A DNA stretch of 64,000 nt from Vulcanimicrobiota bacterium (GCA_963805945.1 CAWDVP010000002.1:608001-672000); one strand, 5' to 3'. Shown: positions 42,681 to 52,145, numbered from the stretch's first letter. Translations and numbers: made by a program. Notes: generated by a model not told the origin, from the sequence alone.

Positions 42681-42705
42681 ACCAGGCCGCTTTAGGAGGC
42701 GACTC

Positions 42706-43344
42706 ATGTCTTCCGACAAACGGACGCTCGTCGATCTCGCGCTCTCAGGCGCGTCGAACCTCTACGTCGAATTCAAAGGCATCTATTCCGTGGAGACGAT
42801 CCGGCGCTTTCTCGAGGAGAGCGCGGATGCACTTAAAGAATGCAAAGTCACCGACTATCTGCCGATCTTCGCCTATCGCTTCGCAAAAGAGCGCCTGACG
42901 GCGATGGCACAGGTGTCCGGGAGCATCCCCAAGACCATGCCTGAGGTGCTCTTCGTCTGCATCCAAAACGCCGGGCGCAGTCAGATGGCCGCGGCGCTGC
43001 TCGATGCCAAAGGCCAGGGCAAGGTCCACGTGCGCTCTGCGGGCAGCGCGCCGGCCGGCTCCATCAATGCGACGGTCGTCGAGGCGATGTCCGAGCTCGG
43101 GCTCGACCTCTCCAAGGAGTTCCCCAAACCGATGACCGACGATGTCGTCCAGGCCGCCGATGTCGTGATCACCATGGGCTGCGGCGACGCCTGTCCGATC
43201 TATCCGGGCAAACGCTACGAAGACTGGGATGTGGCGGACCCGGCGGGCCAGGACTTGGCGACCGTGCGCGCGATCCGCGACGATATCGGGCGGCGCGTCG
43301 ATCGGCTCATCGCGGACCTGGCGCCCGTCAAACAACCATCGTAG
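42706..43344 (+). CDS. arsC: LMW-PTP-type arsenate reductase with N-terminal helical extension
   Basis: VLFVCIQNAGRSQMA, ITMGCGDACP, DPAG. AGGAGG RBS. Confidence 0.92.
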   Translation: MSSDKRTLVDLALSGASNLYVEFKGIYSVETIRRFLEESADALKECKVTDYLPIFAYRFAKERLTAMAQVSGSIPKTMPEVLFVCIQNAGRSQMAAALLDAKGQGKVHVRSAGSAPAGSINATVVEAMSELGLDLSKEFPKPMTDDVVQAADVVITMGCGDACPIYPGKRYEDWDVADPAGQDLATVRAIRDDIGRRVDRLIADLAPVKQPS

Positions 43345-43998
43345 ATGGCCCTTCGCCAAGCGTTGGTCGCCGAGTTTATCGGCACGTTTTTCCTCGTGTT
43401 CGCCGGCGCCGGCGCGATCGTCGTCGACGCGATGACGCACGCCATCACGCACGTCGGCGTCGCGCTCGTCTTCGGTCTCGTCGTCGCGGCGCTCGTCTAC
43501 GCGCTCGCGCACGTCTCGGGCGCGCATTTCAATCCGGCGGTCACCATCGGCTTTTGGACCGCGGGTGAATTTCCGGGCAGACGGGTGCCTGCGTATATCG
43601 CCGCGCAGCTCGCGGGTGCGATCGCCGCAGCCGCGGCGCTGCGGGGGTTGTTCGGTACCGTGGCCTCTGTCGGCGCGACAGTCCCAAGCGGCGCCGTGAG
43701 CACCTCGTTCTGGCTCGAGCTGTTGATGACGTTCTTGCTCGTGTTCGTGATCTTCGGGTCGGCGGTCCACGGGCGTGCGATCAAGAGCTTCGCCGGCATC
43801 GCCATCGGCAGCACGATCGCGCTCGATGCGATGTTCGGCGGTCCTATCTCGGGCGCGTCGATGAACCCGGCACGTTCGCTCGGCCCCGCGCTCATGGCCG
43901 GACTGTGGCAGGACCAATGGCTCTATGTCGTCGCGCCCATCGCCGGCGCGCTGCTCGCGGTCGTCGCTTACAAGCTGATATCAGAGCGCGGCGAGTAG
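43345..43998 (+). CDS. MIP family aquaporin (probable arsenite channel)
   Basis: SGAHFNPAVT and SGASMNPARS NPA motifs, inside the ars operon. Confidence 0.92.
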   Translation: MALRQALVAEFIGTFFLVFAGAGAIVVDAMTHAITHVGVALVFGLVVAALVYALAHVSGAHFNPAVTIGFWTAGEFPGRRVPAYIAAQLAGAIAAAAALRGLFGTVASVGATVPSGAVSTSFWLELLMTFLLVFVIFGSAVHGRAIKSFAGIAIGSTIALDAMFGGPISGASMNPARSLGPALMAGLWQDQWLYVVAPIAGALLAVVAYKLISERGE

Positions 43999-44937
43999 CG
44001 CTTGCGCATGTGCGGTGACGTCGCCGACAAGTAGGTAGTCCGCGATCTGGGCGATCGCCGCGTTGTCCGCGCCCACGAGGGCGACGATTGTGCCCGCGCC
44101 GCGCACCGCGGCGTTGTGTTCGGTCGAACCATCCACGCCGAACGCGATATAGAGCTCAGGCGCAACGTTCTGACCTGAAAGGGTCGCCGGGTCGATGACG
44201 ATTGCGCCGAGCGTCTTCGCGCACTCGCGGGCTGCCACGAGCGTTTCGGGCGTGTTGTCGGCGGCGACGGCGACGACGCAGTTCGCAGAACCTATCGGTG
44301 CCGCCGGCGCCGCTCCGACGATCTCGCCCGCAGCCTTCATGTCCAACGATTGCGCTGCGAACGGAGCATTGCGTCGCGGCACGAGCGTCACGATTGCCCG
44401 ACCGGGTCCGACGCGGCTTGTTGTCTTCACTATGCCGCCATAACGCAAGCGTACGGCGCGCAGACCGCCGCTGTCCTCGAGTTGCAGATCGCTGCATCCG
44501 GCGAGCAGCGTGGCGCCCGTTTTCGCGGCGAGCCGCGCCGCGATGGCAGGACCCGCGCCGTCGTGGGGCAGCGCTACAAGACCGGTGCTGTTCTTCTCGA
44601 TTTCTGTTGCAAGCGCGTCTGCCGCTGCGCCAGCATCGCTTGGATCGACACGCAGCGCCGATGTGCTCGAACCGGCGCGTTTTGCGGCACGTTCGATGAC
44701 CGAGACGATGGCGGATCGCTCGCCGAAGTCGACGATCGCGACGCCGCTCGCGGACGTGCTCGGCGCGGTGGCCGAAGCGATGGCCGCGGTCGGACACGCG
44801 CGTACGCAGGCGTCGCAATCGACGCAGTTCTCGAAGACGACCGCCTTGCCGTCGCGCACCTCGATCGCGTTGAAGGCGCACGCCTTGACGCACTCACCCG
44901 AACCGATGCACTTGCCGAGGTCGATGCTGACAGGCAT
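43981..44937 (-). CDS. Ferredoxin-fused, divergent electron transfer flavoprotein alpha-like protein
   Basis: N-terminal CIGSGECVKAC / CVDCDACVRACP. C-terminal APELYIAFGVDGS..H...ADYLLVGD resembles EtfA domain II. Confidence 0.75.
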   Translation of the reverse strand: MPVSIDLGKCIGSGECVKACAFNAIEVRDGKAVVFENCVDCDACVRACPTAAIASATAPSTSASGVAIVDFGERSAIVSVIERAAKRAGSSTSALRVDPSDAGAAADALATEIEKNSTGLVALPHDGAGPAIAARLAAKTGATLLAGCSDLQLEDSGGLRAVRLRYGGIVKTTSRVGPGRAIVTLVPRRNAPFAAQSLDMKAAGEIVGAAPAAPIGSANCVVAVAADNTPETLVAARECAKTLGAIVIDPATLSGQNVAPELYIAFGVDGSTEHNAAVRGAGTIVALVGADNAAIAQIADYLLVGDVTAHAQALLAAL

Positions 44938-44939
44938 CG

Positions 44940-45725
44940 CTATACTAGCTGACGTTCGCGCAGCGCAGCGACGAGCGTCATCGCGCGTGCGGCCGCATCC
45001 GGGCCGTCGACGATCTCGTTGGCGCGTTTCTTGCGATTCGACTCAAGCGGACCGTCCGACGCGCCGGTCGTCGGTAATGGAGCGGTCGAATTTATTCGAC
45101 CGTCCGAAACATCGGCGAGCGATACTTCTTCGATCGGCTTCTTGGACGCGCGCATGAGCAGGATCGGCGAGATCGACCGCACGCTGATCCCGTAGGCGGC
45201 AGCCGCGATGACGATAGGAGCCGGAGCGCCGGAGCGCACGAGATCGGATCCGCGGATACAAGTCACGTCGAGTGAGTCGCCTGCCGCACCGACCTCGACC
45301 GCCTCGCACCGAAGTCCGGCGCCGAGAAACGCGGAGAGATAGCCGGCGACCGATCCGCTGCCGAGCGACGCGGTCGAGGCGCCGCAGAACACGACGTCGG
45401 CGCCGTCCTCTTGAAGCGCGGCGGCGAGCGCCGCGGCGATGCCGGCTTCGTCTGCCTGCTCGAGCAACGGATCTGTGATCGCGACGAGCCGCGCCGCGCC
45501 GAACGCGGCCGCCTCGCGCAGCGCCGAGGATGCGCCCACGCCCGCGCTATACGCGTCGAACGTCGTCTCGCGCGCCTTCGCCAAACGCGCCGCGAGCTCC
45601 ACAGCCATGCGGTCGGCCGGGTTGAGCAGCATCTCGGCGTCCTGCACGTCGAGCAGCTGACGAAAACGGTCCCACTTCACCTTGTCGGGATGTGGGACCG
45701 CCGCGACGCAGACCGCGATGCGCAC
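44940..45725 (-). CDS. Divergent electron transfer flavoprotein beta-like protein
   Basis: MRIAVCV..VP, LNPADRMAVELA, LREAAAFGA, DVVFCG..T...SG.V. Lies between the acyl-CoA dehydrogenase and EtfA-like genes. Confidence 0.78.
   Translation of the reverse strand: MRIAVCVAAVPHPDKVKWDRFRQLLDVQDAEMLLNPADRMAVELAARLAKARETTFDAYSAGVGASSALREAAAFGAARLVAITDPLLEQADEAGIAAALAAALQEDGADVVFCGASTASLGSGSVAGYLSAFLGAGLRCEAVEVGAAGDSLDVTCIRGSDLVRSGAPAPIVIAAAAYGISVRSISPILLMRASKKPIEEVSLADVSDGRINSTAPLPTTGASDGPLESNRKKRANEIVDGPDAAARAMTLVAALRERQLV
45078..45102 (+). repeat. REP family 1 copy inside the EtfB-like CDS
   Basis: TGGAGCGGTCGAATTTATTCGACCG, identical to the intergenic copies at 7735 and 20860. Confidence 0.88.
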
Positions 45726-45726
45726 G

Positions 45727-46896
45727 CTACTTGAGGAGCTCTTCCGCGATGATCATCCGCTGGATCTCGTTCGTGCCCTCGTAGATCGCGAGGATGCGCG
45801 CGTCTCGATAGCCGCGCTCGATGCCGGTCTCCTTCATGAAGCCCATGCCGCCGAAGATCTGCAGCACACGGTCGACGACATGGATCGCCATGTCTGAGCA
45901 GTAGCGCTTCACCATCGCGGCTTCCATCGAGAAGCGTTCGCCGCGATCGGCCTTCCACGCGCCGTTGTACACCATGTTGCGCGCCGCGTAGATCTCGGTG
46001 GCGATGTCGGCGAGCATGAACTGCACCGCCTGCTGCTTCGCGATCGGCTTGCCGAACTGGATGCGCTCCTTGGCGTGCGCGATGGCCTTCTCGAGCGCGA
46101 ACTGCGACGCGCCGACGCAGCCTGCGCCGAGCGACAGCCGTCCGAGGTCGAGCGTCTTCATCGCGGTGATGAAGCCCATGCCGACTTGACCGATGACGTG
46201 ATCGGCCGGCACTTTGGCGTCGGTGAAGATGAGCTCGCATGTGTGGCTGCCGTACAGCCCCATCTTGCGGTCGTTCGGTCCGCGCTTCACGCCCGGCTGG
46301 TTGAGATCGACCCAGAACGCGGTGATGCCGCCGCGCGCGCCGAGGCTCTTGTCGGTCACCGCGAACACCGTCGCGAAGTCGGCGATGTCGCCGTTCGTGA
46401 TGTAGTGCTTCACGCCGTTGAGCAGGAACGTGTCGCCGTCGCGCATGGCGCTCGTCTGGATGTTCGCGGCGTCCGAGCCCGCTGCGGGTTCGGACAGCGC
46501 GAAGCACGCGATCTTGTCGCCGGCGCTCAGGGCGGGGAAGTACTTGTCCTTGAGCTCCTTGCTGCCGTCGAGGTAGAGCGCCATCGCGCCGATGCTGCAA
46601 TGCGCGCCGATGAGGTTCGAGAAGCACGCGTTGGTGCGGCCGAGCTCCTCGAGCGCGACGCAGTAGCCGAGCTCGCCGATGCCCGCGCCGCCGTACTCCT
46701 CGGAGAACGACAGGCCGAACATGCCCATCTCTTTCATCTTCTCGATGGTCGCCTTCGGGATGTCGTCGGTGTCCTCGACCTGCTGGCTGATCGGCCACAG
46801 CTCTTTTTCCACGAACTCGCGGATCGAGCGCCGCAGCAGCTTGAGGTCCTCGGGCAGTTCGAAATTCAGACCTTCGGATTTGGTGGCGATTGCCAT
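45727..46896 (-). CDS. Acyl-CoA dehydrogenase
   Basis: FALSEP.AGSD, LNGVKHYITNG, KMG, R.QFGKPI, QIFGGMG, RDARIL.IYEGTNEIQR. Confidence 0.96.
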   Translation of the reverse strand: MAIATKSEGLNFELPEDLKLLRRSIREFVEKELWPISQQVEDTDDIPKATIEKMKEMGMFGLSFSEEYGGAGIGELGYCVALEELGRTNACFSNLIGAHCSIGAMALYLDGSKELKDKYFPALSAGDKIACFALSEPAAGSDAANIQTSAMRDGDTFLLNGVKHYITNGDIADFATVFAVTDKSLGARGGITAFWVDLNQPGVKRGPNDRKMGLYGSHTCELIFTDAKVPADHVIGQVGMGFITAMKTLDLGRLSLGAGCVGASQFALEKAIAHAKERIQFGKPIAKQQAVQFMLADIATEIYAARNMVYNGAWKADRGERFSMEAAMVKRYCSDMAIHVVDRVLQIFGGMGFMKETGIERGYRDARILAIYEGTNEIQRMIIAEELLK

Positions 46897-46909
46897 GATG
46901 CGAACCTTT

Positions 46910-47704
46910 CTACGATCCGGTGAACTTGGGCTTGCGCTTGCCGAGGAAGGCGGCCACGCCTTCCTTGGCGTCGTTGCTCGCGAATATCGTGTGGACGCTG
47001 TCGGCTTCCGCTTTCAATCCCGCGGCGAAGCCCTGCTCGAGGCCGGTGTTGGTGGCGTCTTTGATGTGCTTCATCGCCAGCGGCGCGCCCATCGCCAGCT
47101 TGCGCGCGAGATTGCGCGCCTGCGTGAGCACTTCGTTGTCGGGCACGACTTTGTTGACCAGGCCGTAACGCATCGCGTCGTCGGCCTTGACGAGATCGCC
47201 GGTGAGCATCATCTCAAGCGCGCGACCTTTGCCGACGAGCCGCGGCAGACGCTGGCTGCCGCCCCAGCCGGGGATGATGCCGAGGTTCACTTCCGGTTGG
47301 CCGAACTTGGCCGACTCGGCGGCGATGCGGATGTCGCACGCCAGCGCGAGTTCGTTGCCGCCGCCGACGCACACGCCGTTGACCGCGGCGATGACCGGTT
47401 TGGGGAAGTGCTCGATCTTCGAGAAGAGGTCGTGTCCGCGCTGCACCGAGGCGCGCGCGCCCGCTTCGTCGAGCCCCACGAATTCGGAGATGTCGGCGCC
47501 GCCGACGAACACGTACTGACCTGCGCCGGTGATGACGATGGCGCGCGCATTGGCATCGCTTGCAAGTGCGTCGAAGGCCGCGTTGAGCTCTTCGAGGGTC
47601 GCCTTGGACAGCGCGTTGGCCGGCGGACGGTTGATGGTGATGACGGCGACGCCGCCTTGGACGTCGACGAGGATGTTGGAGTAGGTCGCGGTGGCCTCAG
47701 GCAT
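46910..47704 (-). CDS. Enoyl-CoA hydratase (crotonase)
   Basis: FVGGADI, KPVIAAVNG.CVGGGNELALACDIR, FGQPEVNLGIIPGWGGSQRL. Confidence 0.94.
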   Translation of the reverse strand: MPEATATYSNILVDVQGGVAVITINRPPANALSKATLEELNAAFDALASDANARAIVITGAGQYVFVGGADISEFVGLDEAGARASVQRGHDLFSKIEHFPKPVIAAVNGVCVGGGNELALACDIRIAAESAKFGQPEVNLGIIPGWGGSQRLPRLVGKGRALEMMLTGDLVKADDAMRYGLVNKVVPDNEVLTQARNLARKLAMGAPLAMKHIKDATNTGLEQGFAAGLKAEADSVHTIFASNDAKEGVAAFLGKRKPKFTGS

Positions 47705-48030
47705 CACGAGTACTCCAAGAAGCCGCGGCCGGTCTTCTTGCCGAGCGCGCCTTTGGCGACGAGCTGTTCGAGCGTGGCGCTCGGTTTGTAGTTGTCGCCG
47801 TACTTCGCGTGCAGCGTGCGCAGCGTCTCGAGCACGGTGTCGAGCCCGACCGTGTCGGCCTGCTCGAGCGGCCCGGTCGCGAAGCCCGCGCCCGCGCGCA
47901 GCGCGAGATCGATGTCCTTGGCGCTTGCGATGTTCTCATCGAGCAGTCTGCCCGCTTCGGCGATCGCGGCGTAGGTGAAGCGCTCGACGAGCGCGGTTTC
48001 TTTGTCTTGTGTGACGGCCATGATGCTCAC
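47704..48030 (-). CDS. Stand-alone 3-hydroxyacyl-CoA dehydrogenase C-terminal domain
   Basis: EA.RLL.E.IAS.KDID.A...GAG...GPL..AD.VGLD...LGKKTGRGF. Confidence 0.8.
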   Translation of the reverse strand: MSIMAVTQDKETALVERFTYAAIAEAGRLLDENIASAKDIDLALRAGAGFATGPLEQADTVGLDTVLETLRTLHAKYGDNYKPSATLEQLVAKGALGKKTGRGFLEYS

Positions 48031-48890
48031 TCGCCTTTCGCGCTGGTGTGGGTGTAGAAGCCTTTGCCCGTCTTCACGCCGAGATTGCCGGCGGCGACGA
48101 GGTCGCGCAATTCCTTGGGCGCGGCGAAGCGCGGGCCGTACGCCTTCTCAAGCGTCGCCGCGACGTCGGCGGAGATGTCGAGCCCGAGCATATCGGCGAG
48201 CAGGAACGGCCCCATCGGCACGCCGCCGCGCTCGACGACGATCTTGTCGACCGTCTCGTGGTCGACGCCGAGCTCTTCGCGCGCCTTGATGATCTCGACC
48301 ATCGATGCCATGAGCACGCGGTTGACGACGAAGCCGGCGCACTCTTTGACCTTGACGGGGATCTTGCGCAGCTCTTCGGCGAACGAGACCGCGGTGTCCA
48401 TCGTGTCCTGGCTCGTCTGGGCGCCGGCGACCACTTCGATGAGCTTCATGACCGACGCCGGGTTGAAGAAGTGGAAGCCGACGACTTGACCGGGGCGCTT
48501 CGTCGCGCTTGCGAGCGCAGATATGGAAAGCGCCGAGGTGTTGCTCGCGAGGATCGCCGTGCTCTGACAGCGCTTGTCGAGCTCGGCGAAGACCGCCTGT
48601 TTGATCTCGAGCTTCTCCGGCACCGCTTCGACGACGAAGTCGACGTCGCCGAACTCGTCATAGGTGAGCGTCGGCGTGATGAGCGCCATCTTCTCGTCCA
48701 TCTCGGCCTGCGTGAGCTTGCCGGCCTTCACGCGCCGCGCGTACACGCCGCTCGCGGTCGCCATGCCGTGGTCGAGCGCCTTCTGATCGACGTCCTTGAG
48801 CAGCACCGGCAAGCCGGCCCACGAGATCACCTGCGCGATCTCGCCGCCCATCGCACCCGCGCCGACGACGGCGCACTTGAAGATATACAT
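48027..48890 (-). CDS. 3-hydroxyacyl-CoA dehydrogenase
   Basis: VVGAGAMGG, VEAVPEKL.IK, ILASNTS, HFFNP, GFVVNR. Confidence 0.94.
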   Translation of the reverse strand: MYIFKCAVVGAGAMGGEIAQVISWAGLPVLLKDVDQKALDHGMATASGVYARRVKAGKLTQAEMDEKMALITPTLTYDEFGDVDFVVEAVPEKLEIKQAVFAELDKRCQSTAILASNTSALSISALASATKRPGQVVGFHFFNPASVMKLIEVVAGAQTSQDTMDTAVSFAEELRKIPVKVKECAGFVVNRVLMASMVEIIKAREELGVDHETVDKIVVERGGVPMGPFLLADMLGLDISADVAATLEKAYGPRFAAPKELRDLVAAGNLGVKTGKGFYTHTSAKGE

Positions 48891-48894
48891 AGGA

Positions 48895-50104
48895 CTACGC
48901 GGCCTCCATGTTCTCGATGACGAGCGAACCGCCCTGACCGCCGCCGACGCACATCGTCACCAGACCGTAGCGTTTGCCGCTGCGGCGCATCTCGAAGACG
49001 AGCGTCGTGGTGAGGCGCGAACCGGTCGCGCCGATCGGGTGGCCTAAGGCGATCGCGCCGCCGTTGACGTTGACGATGCTGCGATCGAGCTCCATGAGCT
49101 TCTCGCAGGCGAGGTACTGCGCGGCGAACGCCTCGTTGAACTCGATGAGCTGGATGTCGTCGAGCGTGATGCCGGCGCGTTGCAGCGCTTTGGGCGTCGC
49201 CACCGTCGGTCCGAGGCCCATCGTCTTGGGGTCGCAGCCGGCGAACGCGTACGAGAGGATGCGCGCGATCGGCTTCAGGCCCAGTTCGCGCGCCTTCGCC
49301 GCGCTCGCGACGATGAGCGCCGCACCCGCGTCGTTGATCGGGCACGAGTTGCCCGGCGTCACCGTGCCGCCTTTCTTGAAGACGGTGGGATAGAGCGCGA
49401 GCTTCTGCACCGAGAGACCTGCCTGCGGCCCCTCGTCCTTGGCGACGGTCTCAGGCTCGCCGTGCTTCTTTGGCACTTGCACGTGCACGAGCTCGTCTGC
49501 GAACTTGCCGGTGCGCTGCGCGCGAAACGCTTTGTTGTGGCTCTCGACCGCGAGCTGGTCCTGCTGCTCGCGCGTGATGCCGAACTCTTCGGCGAGCACT
49601 TCGGCCGTCTGGCCCATGAGCATGCCGGTGTGATGATCGGTGAGCCCGGTCCAGATCGGGTCGAGCATCTCCGCCGGGCGCAGCCGCGCGCCCCAACGCG
49701 CCGACGGGATGATGTATGGCGCCATCGATTGGTTCTCAGTGCCGCCGACGAGATAGACGTCGCCGTCGCCTGAGGCGATGGCTTGCACCGCGTTGGCGAT
49801 CGATTGCACGCCGCTCGCGCAATTGCGCTGCACGCTGTACGCCGGGCGTGCCGATCGGGATGCCGACCTCGAGCGAGATCTGACGCGCGATGTTGGCGAA
49901 CTCGATGGGCTGGCCGCCGCTGCCGATGATGACTTCGTCGATGTGCTCGACGCCGATGCCCGCACGTTCGATCGCCGCCTTGGCGGCGGTGGTGCCGAGC
50001 TGGAGGGCGTCGTATTCACGATACGCGCCGCCGAAGTTGCCGACGGGCGTGCGCGCCGCGCTGAGGATGACCGTGTCGCGGTCGTTCAAGGATCCGTTCT
50101 TCAC
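48895..50104 (-). CDS. Acetyl-CoA acyltransferase (thiolase); frameshift near 49845
   Basis: SAARTPVG, VQRNCASG, NEAFAAQ, GGAIALGHPIGATG, MCVGGGQG. Confidence 0.93.
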
Positions 50105-50565
50105 GATGCGAGCTCCGATGCGGCCGCGCGCGCCTTGCGGCGGCGGGTCGGTTTAGCCGGGGGTAGGTCGAGCACTTCGCTGCGCAAGCGCAGCATGGCT
50201 TCAATGAGGGCGTCTAAATGTGGACGCATGCGCACCTTGATCTGTTCGTAGCGGTCCTGGCCGGCGCGCGTGATGCGGTAGATGCGCCGGCTGCGGCGGT
50301 CCGGATGCTCCCAGGTGCCGACGACGAAGCCGCGCTCCTCGAGCCGGCGCAGCAGCGGATACATCGTGTTGGGGTTGACGGGCATGACCGAGCCGGTCAG
50401 CTGTTCGATGCGCTCCATGAGGCCGTAGCCGTGGTCGGGGTTCTTTGAAAGCAGATGCAGGATGAGCAGCGGCACGATGGTCTTGGTCTTCACCGGCCCG
50501 CGGAAGATGGCGGAGCCGAAGACGGCGTCTTGGATCGGGACGGTGCTATTACTTTTAATAATCAT
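50101..50565 (-). CDS. PadR family transcriptional regulator
   Basis: LILHLL...HGYGL, TMYPLLRRLEERGFV, RRIYRIT.AG. Confidence 0.92.
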   Translation of the reverse strand: MIIKSNSTVPIQDAVFGSAIFRGPVKTKTIVPLLILHLLSKNPDHGYGLMERIEQLTGSVMPVNPNTMYPLLRRLEERGFVVGTWEHPDRRSRRIYRITRAGQDRYEQIKVRMRPHLDALIEAMLRLRSEVLDLPPAKPTRRRKARAAASELAS

Positions 50566-50630
50566 ACAATTGGAATGATACGAGTATAGCGGCCAGGGTC
50601 GCCCCGGTCAAGAGCGAACACCGATTCGCT

Positions 50631-52145
50631 GTGCTCGAGGAGATCCGCGACGCCCCCGTCTGGAAGCCCACGAAGCCGTGGGCCGACTGGCAGGCGGAAC
50701 GGGATGCGCGCCTCCACCGCTTCATCAATGAGCAGCTCTACCCGTACAGCCCCTTCTATAGGCGGCTGTTCGACCGCAATAAGCTCGACCCCAAGAGCAT
50801 CCGCACGATCGCCGACCTGCGACGCATCCCCTTCACCACGAAAGTCGATATCGCGCCCACCGCCGACAACCCCACGCGGCATCTCGATCTCGTGTTGCAA
50901 CCCGACGCCGAGAAGATACGCGCATTCGCACCCAAATCGAAACTGCTCGGGCTCGCGCTCACGCGTCTGCTGCACGGCGCGAAGGCGGCCGAGCAGCAGG
51001 TCCGCAACGAGTACGGCCCGCTGCAGGTGATCTTCACCACCGGGCGCACCGCATTGCCGACGCAGTTCGTGTACGCGATCGGCGACATGGATCGCTTCTA
51101 TCGGGTGGGGCGCCGGCTCATGGACGTCTTCGGCATCGAAGGCGACAACCGGTGTCTGAACATGTTCCCGTTCGCGCCGCATCTCGCGTTCTGGCAGACC
51201 TTCGCCGTCGGCATGGCGGGCGGCACGCTCACGCTCCACACGGGCGGCGGCAAGGTGATGGGAACGGCCGGCAACATCATGGCTCTCAATCGCATGCAGC
51301 CGCACGTGATCATGGGCGTGCCGGGCTATATCTATCATCTGTTGCGCCAAGCCGACAGCGAAGGGATCAAACTTTCGCAGCTGCACACCATCGCGCTCGG
51401 CGGCGAGCGCGTACCCATCCCACTGAAGGCCAGGCTCGGCGAGATCTGCGCGCACATGGGTCGCCCCGACGTGCGGGTGCACAGTGTCTACGGCTTCACC
51501 GAGTCGAGACAATGCTGGGCCGAGTGCAAGCCGCCGGACGCCGAGACGTCATATGGCTTCCACACCTATCCCGAGCTCGACGTGTTCGAGATCGTGAACC
51601 CAGAATCGGGCGAGCCGGTCGCCCCGGGCGAGCGCGGCGAGCTCGTGTACTCGACCCTGGAAGGGCGCGGCTCGTGCGTGCTGCGCTATCGCACCGGCGA
51701 TATCGCGGAGACCGGCATCGTCTACGATCCGTGTCCGGGCTGTGGCCGCGTCGTGCCGCGCATCTCGACGACGCTCTCGCGCCGCACGGATATGGGCGAG
51801 CTGCAGCTGACCAAAATCCGCGGCACCTTGGTGGATCTCAACAATTTCCTGCCCTCGATGGCGGCGATCCCCGAGGTGATCGAGTGGCAGCTCATCGTCA
51901 AGAAGCACAACGACGACCCCAACGATCTCGACGAGCTCGTGCTCTATATCGCGGTCGCGCCGCATGTGGATCACACGGCGATCAAGGAGACGGTGGCGCG
52001 CAAGCTGATGGCCGACACCGAGGTGACGCCCAACCATATCGAAGTGATCCCGCTGGCGCAGCTCGAGGAACGTCTCGGGCTGGACACGCAGATGAAAGAA
52101 TTGCGGATACGCGACTTGCGGGGTCATGCAAAGCCCGCCAAGTAA
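50631..52145 (+). CDS. Phenylacetate-CoA ligase (PaaK)-like adenylate-forming enzyme
   Basis: SPFYR, DLRRIPFTTK, TTGRT..P, GGE, YGFTE, GELVYSTL, LRYRTGD. Confidence 0.85.
   Translation: MLEEIRDAPVWKPTKPWADWQAERDARLHRFINEQLYPYSPFYRRLFDRNKLDPKSIRTIADLRRIPFTTKVDIAPTADNPTRHLDLVLQPDAEKIRAFAPKSKLLGLALTRLLHGAKAAEQQVRNEYGPLQVIFTTGRTALPTQFVYAIGDMDRFYRVGRRLMDVFGIEGDNRCLNMFPFAPHLAFWQTFAVGMAGGTLTLHTGGGKVMGTAGNIMALNRMQPHVIMGVPGYIYHLLRQADSEGIKLSQLHTIALGGERVPIPLKARLGEICAHMGRPDVRVHSVYGFTESRQCWAECKPPDAETSYGFHTYPELDVFEIVNPESGEPVAPGERGELVYSTLEGRGSCVLRYRTGDIAETGIVYDPCPGCGRVVPRISTTLSRRTDMGELQLTKIRGTLVDLNNFLPSMAAIPEVIEWQLIVKKHNDDPNDLDELVLYIAVAPHVDHTAIKETVARKLMADTEVTPNHIEVIPLAQLEERLGLDTQMKELRIRDLRGHAKPAK

Noticed and set aside
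42669..42700. arsI ending Cys-Cys-TGA as a possible selenocysteine read-through
   Set aside because: ArsI/CadI proteins commonly end in CC. Read-through adds only four residues before TAG, and no convincing SECIS hairpin follows.
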